DNA from: Vicinamibacterales bacterium
GTDB taxonomy: Bacteria > Acidobacteriota > Vicinamibacteria > Vicinamibacterales > SCN-69-37
Assembly: GCA_038319675.1 (NCBI GenBank)
Contig: JBBQDM010000002.1
Coordinates: forward strand, 273,562 to 337,561
Direction of reading: 5' to 3'
Length of the DNA: 64,000 nucleotides
A model generated the notes under the pieces. The model saw nothing but the letters and a program-made list of their open reading frames with translations, was not told where the DNA came from and made no database searches. Below, in pieces: positions 56,084-64,000 of this stretch (position 1 is its first letter; every line of letters begins with the position of its first letter). The position numbers and the translations under genes are program-made.

Positions 56084-56917
56084 GTGGACTATCCGCAGCT
56101 CGTCGCTGTCGTCCGCGAGTCGCTGAACGAACTCGTCGCGTGGGTGCGCAGCCATCAGCTCAACCTGCTCGGCGCTGCGCTGCTCGTCGCGCTCGGCTGG
56201 GTCCTTGGTCTGCTGATGCGGGCGCTGGTGGCACGGGTGCTGCGTGCGCTCGGGCGGATGTTGCCCGGTCACCTGCGCCTGCGCGGCCTGCCCCGCCCCG
56301 CTGCTGAGCGCCAGATCTCCGACGTCATCGGCCTGATCGTGTTCTGGTCGGTCGTGCTGTTCTTCGTGGCTGCGGCCGCCAACCTCCTCGGCGTGCCGGT
56401 GCTCGGAGGCGCGCTCGCCGGCATCGGCTCTCATGTGCCGCACCTGATTGCCGCGGTGCTGATCATGGTGGCCGGGCTCGTGATCGGCAACCTCGCGCGC
56501 GACGGCGTCACTGCCGCCGCGGCGGCCGCCGGCACGCCGTTCGCCCCGGCCATGGGCCAGATCATCCGTGCAGCGATCCTCGTGGCCGCCGGTCTGCTCG
56601 CCGTCGCCGAGCTCGGCGTCGACATCACGCTGCTCACCGCCATTCTCTCCGTCACGTTGCTGGCCGTGCTCGGCGCGTTTGCGCTCGCCTTCGGCCTGGG
56701 CGCACGCGGTGCCGTCAGCAACATCATCGGCGCGCACTACGTGAGGCAGACGTACGACGTCGGTCAGCGCGTGCGCATCGGCGACACCGAAGGCACCGTC
56801 GCGGCGATTACATCGACGACGGTCGTTCTGCAGACGCCCGGCGGCCAGGTGGTGATCCCCGCGAAGCTGTTTGGCGAGACGGTGTCAGTGCTGGTGACGC
56901 CCGGAGGTGGCCGATGA
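56084..56917 (+). CDS. MscS-like / conserved-TM-helix-repeat membrane protein
   Basis: Repeated TM helices, then GQRVRIGDTEGTVAAITSTTVVLQTPGGQVVIPAKLF, which is like the MscS beta-domain entry. GTG start after GGAGG. Confidence 0.6.
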   Translation: MDYPQLVAVVRESLNELVAWVRSHQLNLLGAALLVALGWVLGLLMRALVARVLRALGRMLPGHLRLRGLPRPAAERQISDVIGLIVFWSVVLFFVAAAANLLGVPVLGGALAGIGSHVPHLIAAVLIMVAGLVIGNLARDGVTAAAAAAGTPFAPAMGQIIRAAILVAAGLLAVAELGVDITLLTAILSVTLLAVLGAFALAFGLGARGAVSNIIGAHYVRQTYDVGQRVRIGDTEGTVAAITSTTVVLQTPGGQVVIPAKLFGETVSVLVTPGGGR

Positions 56918-57783
56918 CGCTTGAGATACAGCTGGCACGCGCGTTTCTCGACACACACCCGCGCGACGCGGCGCTGGCCCTCGAGCGCATGCCGGTCGAC
57001 AGCCGCGCCGCAGTGTTGCGCGTGGCCGGGTCAGACGCGGCGGCTGCGCTCGGCGAGATGGTCGCGTCCGCCGCGGCCGAAAGCCTGGCGCTGCTCACCC
57101 CCGCCGAGGCCGCGCCTGCGTTGAATCACCTCGAACCCGATGCCGCACTCGCCGTGCTCCGGCGCCTCGAGCCCGCACACGCCGAGGCACTCGTGGCCGC
57201 GATGCCCGACGCGAAACAGGCGCCGCTCAGCCGCGCGCTGGTCTTTCCCGAAGGCACCGCCGGCGCGCTGATGGATCCGACCGTACTCGCGCTGCCCGAC
57301 GACATCTTCGTCGGCGAGGCGCGCCTGCGACTGCGCCGCCACGCACACGGCCTCCTGTACTACGTCTTCATCGTGGATCCCCAGGGCACGCTCACGGGCG
57401 TGCTCGACATCGACGAGCTGATGCGCGCGCGCTCGCGCGATCCGATTCGCAGTGTCATGCACACACACGTTGAGCACATCCCGGCATGGACGCCGGCGGC
57501 GGCCGTGCGTGCACATCCCGGATGGACGTCGTTTCACGCCCTTCCGGTGACCGATGAGGCCGGACATTTTGTTGGCGCCATTCGGTATCAAACGCTGCGC
57601 CGGCTCGAGCACGAGGCTGACGCCGGCGGCGGTGCGCAGCCGACAGGCCAGACGGTCGGTGCGCTGGGCGAGCTCTTCCATCTGGGGCTGGCCGGATTCA
57701 TCGAGGGCGTAGCCGGCGCGGCCGTACCGCGCGCCCCGCGACCGCCGGTGCCCGCCGACGCCGAGCCTGGAGGCGACCGATGA
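56914..57783 (+). CDS. soluble MgtE_N + CBS-pair protein (MgtE cytosolic sensor domain without the transmembrane domain)
   Basis: Alignable by eye with the N-terminal 260 aa of the next gene (MgtE_N helices, two CBS motifs) but it ends before any TM helix. ATGA overlaps on both sides. Confidence 0.75.
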   Translation: MTLEIQLARAFLDTHPRDAALALERMPVDSRAAVLRVAGSDAAAALGEMVASAAAESLALLTPAEAAPALNHLEPDAALAVLRRLEPAHAEALVAAMPDAKQAPLSRALVFPEGTAGALMDPTVLALPDDIFVGEARLRLRRHAHGLLYYVFIVDPQGTLTGVLDIDELMRARSRDPIRSVMHTHVEHIPAWTPAAAVRAHPGWTSFHALPVTDEAGHFVGAIRYQTLRRLEHEADAGGGAQPTGQTVGALGELFHLGLAGFIEGVAGAAVPRAPRPPVPADAEPGGDR

Positions 57784-59102
57784 CGCCGGCAGTGCCGGCG
57801 GCTCACGCGGGCCGCGAGGGTCTGGCACGGCTGGCGCGCACGTACCTGCGACAGTATCCCGAGGAGGCCGCACGACACATTGAATCGGCGCGCCTCAACG
57901 ACGCGGTGGCGCTGCTTGAGTCGGAGCCGACACCACACGCCGCGGCCGTGATCGAGCGCCTCGCGTCGAACGTCGCGGCCGACATCCTCGAGGCCGCATC
58001 ACCGGCCTTCGCACCGCGCGTGCTGGCGGCCATGGATCCGGTGCGCGCCGCGCCCACACTGGCGTGGCTCGACGAGACACGTCGCGACGCGTTGCTCGCA
58101 GGCATGGACGAAGGAGCGGCCGGTGAACTGCGCGCGATGGCAGGTTATCCGCCCGAGACGGCCGGCCGCCTGATGGATCCGCGCGTGATGGCCTTCCGGC
58201 AGGGCACGACGGTACACGATGCGCTGTCGCGCCTGCGCGGCGTACGCCGCCGCGCAGTGTCCGACGTCTTCCTCACTGATGACGAGGGCCGACTGACCGC
58301 GCGCGTGCCGTTGCAGGATCTGGCCGTCGCACGGCCGGACGACACCCTCGACTCGCTCGCCACCACCGCCACGCCGGTGGCGGCCACCGCCGGCGCCGAA
58401 GAGGTCATCGAACATCTGACCAACCACCGCCTCGCCAGCCTGCCGGTCGTTGACTTCGACTCGCGCCTGCTCGGGGTGATCCGGCACGACGTGTTGATGA
58501 AGACCGCGCGGCAGGACGCCGCCGCCGACATGCAGGCGATGGTCGGTGCCAGCCGCGAGGAACGTGCGCTCTCGCGCGTGGGGTTCGCTGTGCGCGCCCG
58601 CCTCCCCTGGCTGCACATCAACCTCGTCACGGCGTTTGTTGCCGCGTCGGTCGTCGGCCTCTTCGAGTCCACCATCGCGGCCTTCACCGCACTCGCGGTG
58701 CTGTTGCCCGTGGTCGCCGGCCAGGCGGGCAACACCGGTGCGCAGGCGCTGGCGGTGACCATGCGCGGCCTTGCGCTGCGCGAGATCCGCGTGTCGCACT
58801 GGGCGCGCGTCACGCGCAAGGAGACGGCCGTGGCGTTCATCAACGGCTGGGCGGTGGCGCTGACGACATCGGTTGGCGTGTTGGTGTGGAGCCGTTCCCC
58901 CGGTCTCGCGCTCGTCATCGGCACGTCAATGGTCATCTCCATGATCGCCGCGGGCGTCGCCGGCGCGCTGATCCCGATCATCCTGACCTCGATCGGCCGC
59001 GACCCCGCGCAGTCGTCCTCGATCATCCTCACGACCGTCACCGACGTCGTCGGCTTCTTCAGCTTCCTGGGGATTGCGACGCTGCTGGCGGAGATGCTGT
59101 AG
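57780..59102 (+). CDS. mgtE: magnesium transporter MgtE
   Basis: MgtE_N, a CBS pair, and 5 TM helices with PVVAGQAGNTGAQAL and TVTDVVGFFSFLG motifs. Confidence 0.9.
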   Translation: MTPAVPAAHAGREGLARLARTYLRQYPEEAARHIESARLNDAVALLESEPTPHAAAVIERLASNVAADILEAASPAFAPRVLAAMDPVRAAPTLAWLDETRRDALLAGMDEGAAGELRAMAGYPPETAGRLMDPRVMAFRQGTTVHDALSRLRGVRRRAVSDVFLTDDEGRLTARVPLQDLAVARPDDTLDSLATTATPVAATAGAEEVIEHLTNHRLASLPVVDFDSRLLGVIRHDVLMKTARQDAAADMQAMVGASREERALSRVGFAVRARLPWLHINLVTAFVAASVVGLFESTIAAFTALAVLLPVVAGQAGNTGAQALAVTMRGLALREIRVSHWARVTRKETAVAFINGWAVALTTSVGVLVWSRSPGLALVIGTSMVISMIAAGVAGALIPIILTSIGRDPAQSSSIILTTVTDVVGFFSFLGIATLLAEML

Positions 59103-59272
59103 GCAGCGACCACCTCGACGGCACCGACTCCACCGCCTCCGACGCGTGTGTGCAGTAGTGCACACGCGCGCTCTCCGCAATTCTCCGATCAATCCAACAC
59201 AGACGCGGCGAACGTAGAGCTGTCGGCAAGCACCGACCGACGATTTTGCGGCGGTGGCATCAAGGAGAACCA

Positions 59273-60643
59273 ATGAAGCGACTTGTTTTACTCATGGGTG
59301 TGGGGGCCGTCACGATGGCGGCACTCAGCAGCGGCTGGTACTACACGACGAATGCGTCAAGTCATCGAGAGGCGCCACTGATCAGCGGCGACCCGCTCGC
59401 CGACAACACGGACCTCTATGCGTTTGTCAGTCCGGTGAATTCAGATCGTGTCACGTTGATTGCAAACTTCATTCCATTTGAAGCGCCCTACGGTGGCCCG
59501 AACTTTTTCAAGTTCGACGACAACGTGCTCTACGAAATCATGATCGACAACAACGGTGACGCGGTTGAGGACGTGACCTATCAGTTCCGCTTCAAGACGC
59601 AGGTGCTTAACGACAAGACCTTCCTGTACAACACGGGCACCATCACATCGCTGGACTCCCCCGCGTTCAACGTGCGTCAGACGTACACGGTGACACGCGT
59701 GGACGGTCGGCGTCGCACCGGTGCCGCCACCGTGCTGGCGACTGACCTGCCGACCCCACCGGTGAATGTCGGGTTTCGGTCCACCCCGAACTATGCCGCG
59801 CTCGCCCAGGCGGCCGTGCGTCAGTTGCCGAATAACACGCAGGTGTTTGCCGGACAGCGAGACGATCCGTTTTTTGTCGACCTGAACGTGTTCGACCTGC
59901 TGGCGGTTCCCCCAGTCGACGTCGACAACAGCGACTCGCTCGCGGGCTTCAACGTCCACAGCATTGCGCTGGAAGTGCCGATCACGGCGCTGACAGCCAA
60001 TCGCGGACGCCCCGGCTCGGCCAGCGACCCGAACGCCGTGATTGGTATCTGGTCAACGGCCAGCCGACCCTCGGTCACCGCGCGCGCGGGGGCCAATGAG
60101 CGCACATCCCAGCGGTGGGTGCAGGTCTCGCGTCTGGGCCATCCCCTCGTCAACGAGGTGGTGATTCCGCGCAGCACCAAAGACACCTTCAACGCGATCG
60201 AACCCACCAGTGACGGTGCGGCGTTGGAGTTCGTGACCAACCCGGAGGTGCCGAGACTGCTGAAGGCGCTGTTCAACATCGACTCGCCCCCCACCCCGCG
60301 CAACGACCTGGTCACGATCTTTCTGACCGGCATTCCCGGACTCAATCAACCCGCGGGCGTGACCCCCTCCGAGATGCTGCGGCTCAACGTGGCGATTCCG
60401 CCGGTGCCAAATCCCAACCGTCTCGGGGTCATTGGTGGCGATGCCGCCGGCTTCCCCAACGGTCGGCGTCTTGGTGATGACGTGGTGGACATCGCGTTCC
60501 GCGTGATGGCCGGCGCGTCACCGCTGACGCCCTCGTTCAACTCCGGCATCAACGCGCAGCTGGGCGACGGCGTGAACACCAACGACGTGCCCTACCTCTC
60601 CACCTTTCCATTCGTCGCGTTGCCGTGGCCCGGCAACCGCTGA
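59273..60643 (+). CDS. secreted DUF4331-domain protein
   Basis: Trimmed to ATG 59273 (AAGGAG RBS). Signal peptide, then the SSHREAPLISGDPLADNTDLYAF signature N-terminus of DUF4331. Confidence 0.8.
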   Translation: MKRLVLLMGVGAVTMAALSSGWYYTTNASSHREAPLISGDPLADNTDLYAFVSPVNSDRVTLIANFIPFEAPYGGPNFFKFDDNVLYEIMIDNNGDAVEDVTYQFRFKTQVLNDKTFLYNTGTITSLDSPAFNVRQTYTVTRVDGRRRTGAATVLATDLPTPPVNVGFRSTPNYAALAQAAVRQLPNNTQVFAGQRDDPFFVDLNVFDLLAVPPVDVDNSDSLAGFNVHSIALEVPITALTANRGRPGSASDPNAVIGIWSTASRPSVTARAGANERTSQRWVQVSRLGHPLVNEVVIPRSTKDTFNAIEPTSDGAALEFVTNPEVPRLLKALFNIDSPPTPRNDLVTIFLTGIPGLNQPAGVTPSEMLRLNVAIPPVPNPNRLGVIGGDAAGFPNGRRLGDDVVDIAFRVMAGASPLTPSFNSGINAQLGDGVNTNDVPYLSTFPFVALPWPGNR

Positions 60644-60668
60644 CTTTTTTTGTTCAGGAGATTTCATC

Positions 60669-61232
60669 ATGCGATTGGGTATTCGATTCATTCTGACGGC
60701 TGCGTTGCTGACATTGCCGTCACTCGCACAGGCACAGGTGATGGTGTCGCCGTTTGCCGGCGTCACCTTCGGTGGCGACACCACCACCACCGGCGGCACG
60801 GTGGGCATGTCCGCCACTTACTGGGTGCGCCCCTGGCTGGGCGTGGAAGCCGACGGCGCGGTGACGCCGATGCTGTTTGAGCAGGACGGCTTTCTCATCA
60901 ACCGCAGTGTCACCACCCTCACGGGTCAACTTGTGGTCAGCGCACCGCAACTGAGCCGCGAGCGGTTCACGCCCTTCCTGACGGCTGGACTGGGACTGCT
61001 GCGGCCACACCTGGCCGAGGCCGGCGAACTCGCGGTCGTCAAGGGCGACACGCTGCAGTTCTCCGTCGGCGGCGGGGCCATGGGGTTCTTCAACGAACAC
61101 ATCGGTTTCCGCGGTGACGTGCGATACACGCGCGGACTCCGCGACTCCGAGCTCGACCAGAATGCCTTCGGCGTGGACTTCTCCACGTTTGCGTTCTGGA
61201 GGACCACCGGCGGTCTGGTGGTGAGGTTCTAA
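60669..61232 (+). CDS. small outer-membrane beta-barrel protein (8-stranded OmpX/OmpW-like)
   Basis: Signal peptide ending LAQAQ, alternating beta-strand pattern, and a C-terminal VVRF. Confidence 0.65.
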   Translation: MRLGIRFILTAALLTLPSLAQAQVMVSPFAGVTFGGDTTTTGGTVGMSATYWVRPWLGVEADGAVTPMLFEQDGFLINRSVTTLTGQLVVSAPQLSRERFTPFLTAGLGLLRPHLAEAGELAVVKGDTLQFSVGGGAMGFFNEHIGFRGDVRYTRGLRDSELDQNAFGVDFSTFAFWRTTGGLVVRF

Positions 61233-61234
61233 TC

Positions 61235-62176
61235 ATGCGACGGCTGATCCTTACGTTGGTGCTGCTTGCCGCGGTGGCTGGCTGCCACACTCCCCAGCCG
61301 CGTGAGGATCGGCCGTCGCCTCTGATGTCGACGTCACGCGCCGACCTGGACGCGACCGTGGCCGCCATGACCGCACGACTGGCGGAGGTACCGACCGACA
61401 GCGACGCGGCGGTGCGCCTGGCCGACGCGTGGCTGCGACAGGCCCGCGTCCTCAACCGCAGCAGTGTGATTCAGCAGGCCGAGGAGGTGCTCACTCGCGT
61501 GATCGACGCGCACCCGGCCGACTACCTGGCCCGCCGTATGCGGGCCACCGTGTACCTCGCGCAACATCGGTATCAGGATGCCATCCTCGAGGCCGGTCGC
61601 TGTCGTGCGCTGCGCGCGCACGACCCGGTCATCGACGGCATTCTCGGCGACGCGTTCCTGGAACTCGGCGATCTGCCTGCCGCCATCGAGGCGTTTGATC
61701 GGATGCTCACCCAGCGCCCCGATGCGGCCTCGTACGCACGGGCGTCGTATGCCCGCGAACTCCAGGGTGATACCGAGGGGGCGCTGGCCCTGATGACCAT
61801 GGCGGAGTCGGCCACGTCGGCTCACGATGTCGAAGCGCAGGCATGGCACGCGGCCCAACTGGGCCACCTGCATCTGAGCGCCGGTGATCGCGCCGCGGCG
61901 GCCAGGGAATTCGCCCGCACTGAGTGGCTGTTCCCCGGTCACCCCTTCGCGACAAACGGACTGGCACGGCTCGACCTCATCGAAGGACGCCCCGCCGAGG
62001 CGCTCGGTCGCCTGCAACCTCGCCTTGAGGCCTCACCCACATCCGACGATTTTCAACTGGCCGGCGACGCGTTGCTGGCACTCGGCCGGCACGAGGACGC
62101 CCGCCGGCACCATGCGCTGGCGGCGGCCCTGGCGGCTGAAGAGTCGCGCATCATTCCACCTGGAGGCTCTCGATGA
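61235..62176 (+). CDS. TPR-repeat lipoprotein
   Basis: Lipobox LAAVAGC with several TPR-like repeats. Starts 2 nt after the upstream stop. Confidence 0.65.
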   Translation: MRRLILTLVLLAAVAGCHTPQPREDRPSPLMSTSRADLDATVAAMTARLAEVPTDSDAAVRLADAWLRQARVLNRSSVIQQAEEVLTRVIDAHPADYLARRMRATVYLAQHRYQDAILEAGRCRALRAHDPVIDGILGDAFLELGDLPAAIEAFDRMLTQRPDAASYARASYARELQGDTEGALALMTMAESATSAHDVEAQAWHAAQLGHLHLSAGDRAAAAREFARTEWLFPGHPFATNGLARLDLIEGRPAEALGRLQPRLEASPTSDDFQLAGDALLALGRHEDARRHHALAAALAAEESRIIPPGGSR

Positions 62177-63234
62177 GACGCACGGTCATGGCAGTGGCGC
62201 TGGTCCTGCTCCTCACCCCGACGATGATCGCGCACCCGATGTCGACGTTTGGCGCCCGCATCGATCTGGATGACTCCAGAGTGACGATCATCCTGAACGC
62301 CGATGCCACACCGCTGCTGGCCACACTCGACGCCCTGGCCGGCACCCCCGCCATCGACGGTCCCGTGCTCTCCCGTGTGGCAGCGCATACGGCCCTCATC
62401 GTCGACCGATCCCTGGTCATGGTCGACGAGGTCCGTGTCGCCTTGACCGCCGGCGCTCCGCGCATCAACGACGATGGGCAGATCGAAGTGCCAATGACCG
62501 GTGTGTTGCCCGACGAAGGCTCCATGATGACCTGGCAAAGCCGCTGGATCTTCGGGACGTATCCCATGAGCCTGACCCGTGGGGACGGGACGACGGAAAC
62601 GGTTTACTGGATCGACGGGCAGGCGCTCAGCGAGTCGATTCCGGTGCAGGCGTCAGGCACACATGTCGCCACGCTCGGACGCTATGTGCAGCTCGGGTTT
62701 GAGCACATCCTGCCAAAGGGCCTGGACCACATCCTGTTTGTGCTTGGATTGTTTCTCCTCACGCCCCGTGTCCGCTCGCTCGTCGCGCAGGTCACGGTCT
62801 TCACGCTGGCACATTCGCTGTCGCTGGCACTCGCGATTGGAGGCGTCATCTCGATCCCGTCCTGGATCGTGGAGCCGCTGATCGCCGGGTCCATTGTGTA
62901 CGTGGGGATTGAAAACCTCCGACGAGAGACGCTGAGCCCCGCACGGCTCTGGGTGGTCGGTGCGTTCGGCCTGCTGCATGGGCTGGGATTTGCGGGCGTC
63001 CTTGCGGATTTGTCGCTTCCGGCCGGGCAATGGGCGATCGCTTTGGCGGGATTTAACGTGGGTGTGGAAATGGGTCAACTGGCGGTGCTTCTCGGGGCGG
63101 CTGTCGTGATGACCGTCTGGCGTGTGGTGACGCCGCTTACCGAACAGGCACTGCGGCGTCCCGCATCAGCCGCCATTACCGCGATGGGCCTCTACTGGCT
63201 CGTCACGCGCGTGGGCGGCGCCATGCTCCACTGA
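62173..63234 (+). CDS. HupE/UreJ-family membrane protein with N-terminal periplasmic domain
   Basis: The C-terminal half (GFEHILPKGLDHILFVLGLFLL...) matches the HupE/UreJ_2 pattern. Signal peptide and a ~170-aa extra domain. ATGA overlap with the upstream gene. Confidence 0.75.
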   Translation: MRRTVMAVALVLLLTPTMIAHPMSTFGARIDLDDSRVTIILNADATPLLATLDALAGTPAIDGPVLSRVAAHTALIVDRSLVMVDEVRVALTAGAPRINDDGQIEVPMTGVLPDEGSMMTWQSRWIFGTYPMSLTRGDGTTETVYWIDGQALSESIPVQASGTHVATLGRYVQLGFEHILPKGLDHILFVLGLFLLTPRVRSLVAQVTVFTLAHSLSLALAIGGVISIPSWIVEPLIAGSIVYVGIENLRRETLSPARLWVVGAFGLLHGLGFAGVLADLSLPAGQWAIALAGFNVGVEMGQLAVLLGAAVVMTVWRVVTPLTEQALRRPASAAITAMGLYWLVTRVGGAMLH

Positions 63235-63265
63235 AGTGCCCCGAAGACCAGGCCCGGCCGCAGGC

Positions 63266-64000
63266 TCACCGGCGCGGTGAGGCGGGGATCGTGAACCTGA
63301 AGACGGACCCGGCCTCACGGGCGGATTCAATCCAGATCCGGCCGCCGTGGCGCTCGACGATTTTCTTGCAGAGCGCGAGACCGATACCCGTTCCTGGCCG
63401 CTCATCTCGATGGAGCCGCCTGAACAGTCCGAAGACCGCCTGGCGCTCTTCCGGGGCGATCCCGATGCCATTGTCGGTAATGGAAAACACCCATTCCGAG
63501 CCGGTGTGCTCCGCCGAGACACTGATGATCGGTGCAGCGGTCCCTTGATATTTGATGGCATTGCTGATCAGGTTCTGAAACACCTGCGCCAATCCCGCGC
63601 GCTGTGCGTGCACTGTCGGCAGCGTCCCCACCTCCACAGACGCCCCGGTGTCGTGGATGGACGTCTGGAGGTCATTGAGCACCAGCGCGACGAGGGACTG
63701 TGTGTCCACAGGTGCGGCGGCAAACCGATCGGGATCCAGTTCCTGGGAATAGGTCAGGATGTCCCGAATCATGTCGGAGATGCGGGTCGACGCGGCGACG
63801 ACATACTCGATGAACTGATTTGCCTCGGCGTCCAACTGGCCCCCGTATCGCTTGCCGAGCAGTGCGCTGAAGCTGGCGATCGTGCGCAGTGGTTCCTGCA
63901 GATCGTGTGAGGCGACATAGGCAAACTGCTGGAGGTCTGCGTTGGAACGCGCCAGACGCTCCGCCTGTACCAACAGCGCCGCCTCCGTCTGTTTTCTGAA
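63266..64000 (-). CDS. sensor histidine kinase, C-terminal part (N-terminus beyond the right edge)
   Basis: H-box FAYVASHDLQEPLR and ATPase boxes NLISNAIKY, DNGIGI and GTGIGLALC. The reading frame stays open to the window end. Confidence 0.85.
   Translation of the reverse strand, partial: FRKQTEAALLVQAERLARSNADLQQFAYVASHDLQEPLRTIASFSALLGKRYGGQLDAEANQFIEYVVAASTRISDMIRDILTYSQELDPDRFAAAPVDTQSLVALVLNDLQTSIHDTGASVEVGTLPTVHAQRAGLAQVFQNLISNAIKYQGTAAPIISVSAEHTGSEWVFSITDNGIGIAPEERQAVFGLFRRLHRDERPGTGIGLALCKKIVERHGGRIWIESAREAGSVFRFTIPASPRR

Noticed and set aside
56032-56914. M-box (ykoK) Mg riboswitch expected upstream of mgtE.
   Set aside because: The genes are contiguous or overlapping. The only gap (56033-56083, 51 nt) is far too short for an M-box.
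59103-59272. Possible cobalamin or NiCo riboswitch upstream of the DUF4331/HupE operon.
   Set aside because: I could find no B12-box-like element (AGYCMGGAGACCKGCC type), no GCCACTG core and no NiCo four-way junction signature by eye. An Infernal scan would be needed to be certain.

Overview
High-GC (about 67%) chromosomal segment with very dense coding, about 57 protein genes. The taxon is probably Acidobacteriota. This is an inference from the PadR plus ADOP-type duplicated-permease pair, the CarboxypepD_reg-type TonB-dependent receptor, the TPR Ser/Thr kinase and the many secreted peptidases. All family calls come from motifs read in the translations; no search was run. I found no rRNA, tRNA, CRISPR array, transposase, integrase or phage gene.

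Recognisable content:
- A translationally coupled minus-strand operon: UPF0104 membrane protein, nrdR, DUF4390, ntrY and a sigma54 activator.
- purC followed by a Fis-like HTH gene.
- CIRCE-controlled groESL.
- Two M28 peptidases, one M24 and one S9 peptidase.
- A LytS/LytTR two-component system.
- A Tat-signal aldo/keto reductase followed by a beta-propeller protein.
- selO, rnd, a DUF368 membrane protein, a GT-C/GT2 glycosyltransferase pair and a TPR Ser/Thr kinase.
- An MscS-like, MgtE_N/CBS and mgtE operon.
- A DUF4331, OMP, TPR and HupE/UreJ operon.

The only sizeable non-coding region (11678-12111) holds heptamer tandem repeats and a 181-nt hairpin next to the groESL promoter.

I cannot point to a clear-cut new system. 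The best candidates for follow-up are:
- the all-exported S9 / FadL-PorV-like barrel / lipoprotein hydrolase / orphan protein cluster (31173-38012);
- the envelope-spanning DUF4331 operon (59273-63234);
- the heptamer repeats and hairpin bracketing groESL;
- the soluble MgtE sensor paralog coupled to mgtE;
- a perfect sigma54 promoter in front of a Cys4-PAS kinase phosphorelay.

Many long antisense ORFs in the track are high-GC shadow ORFs and were rejected.
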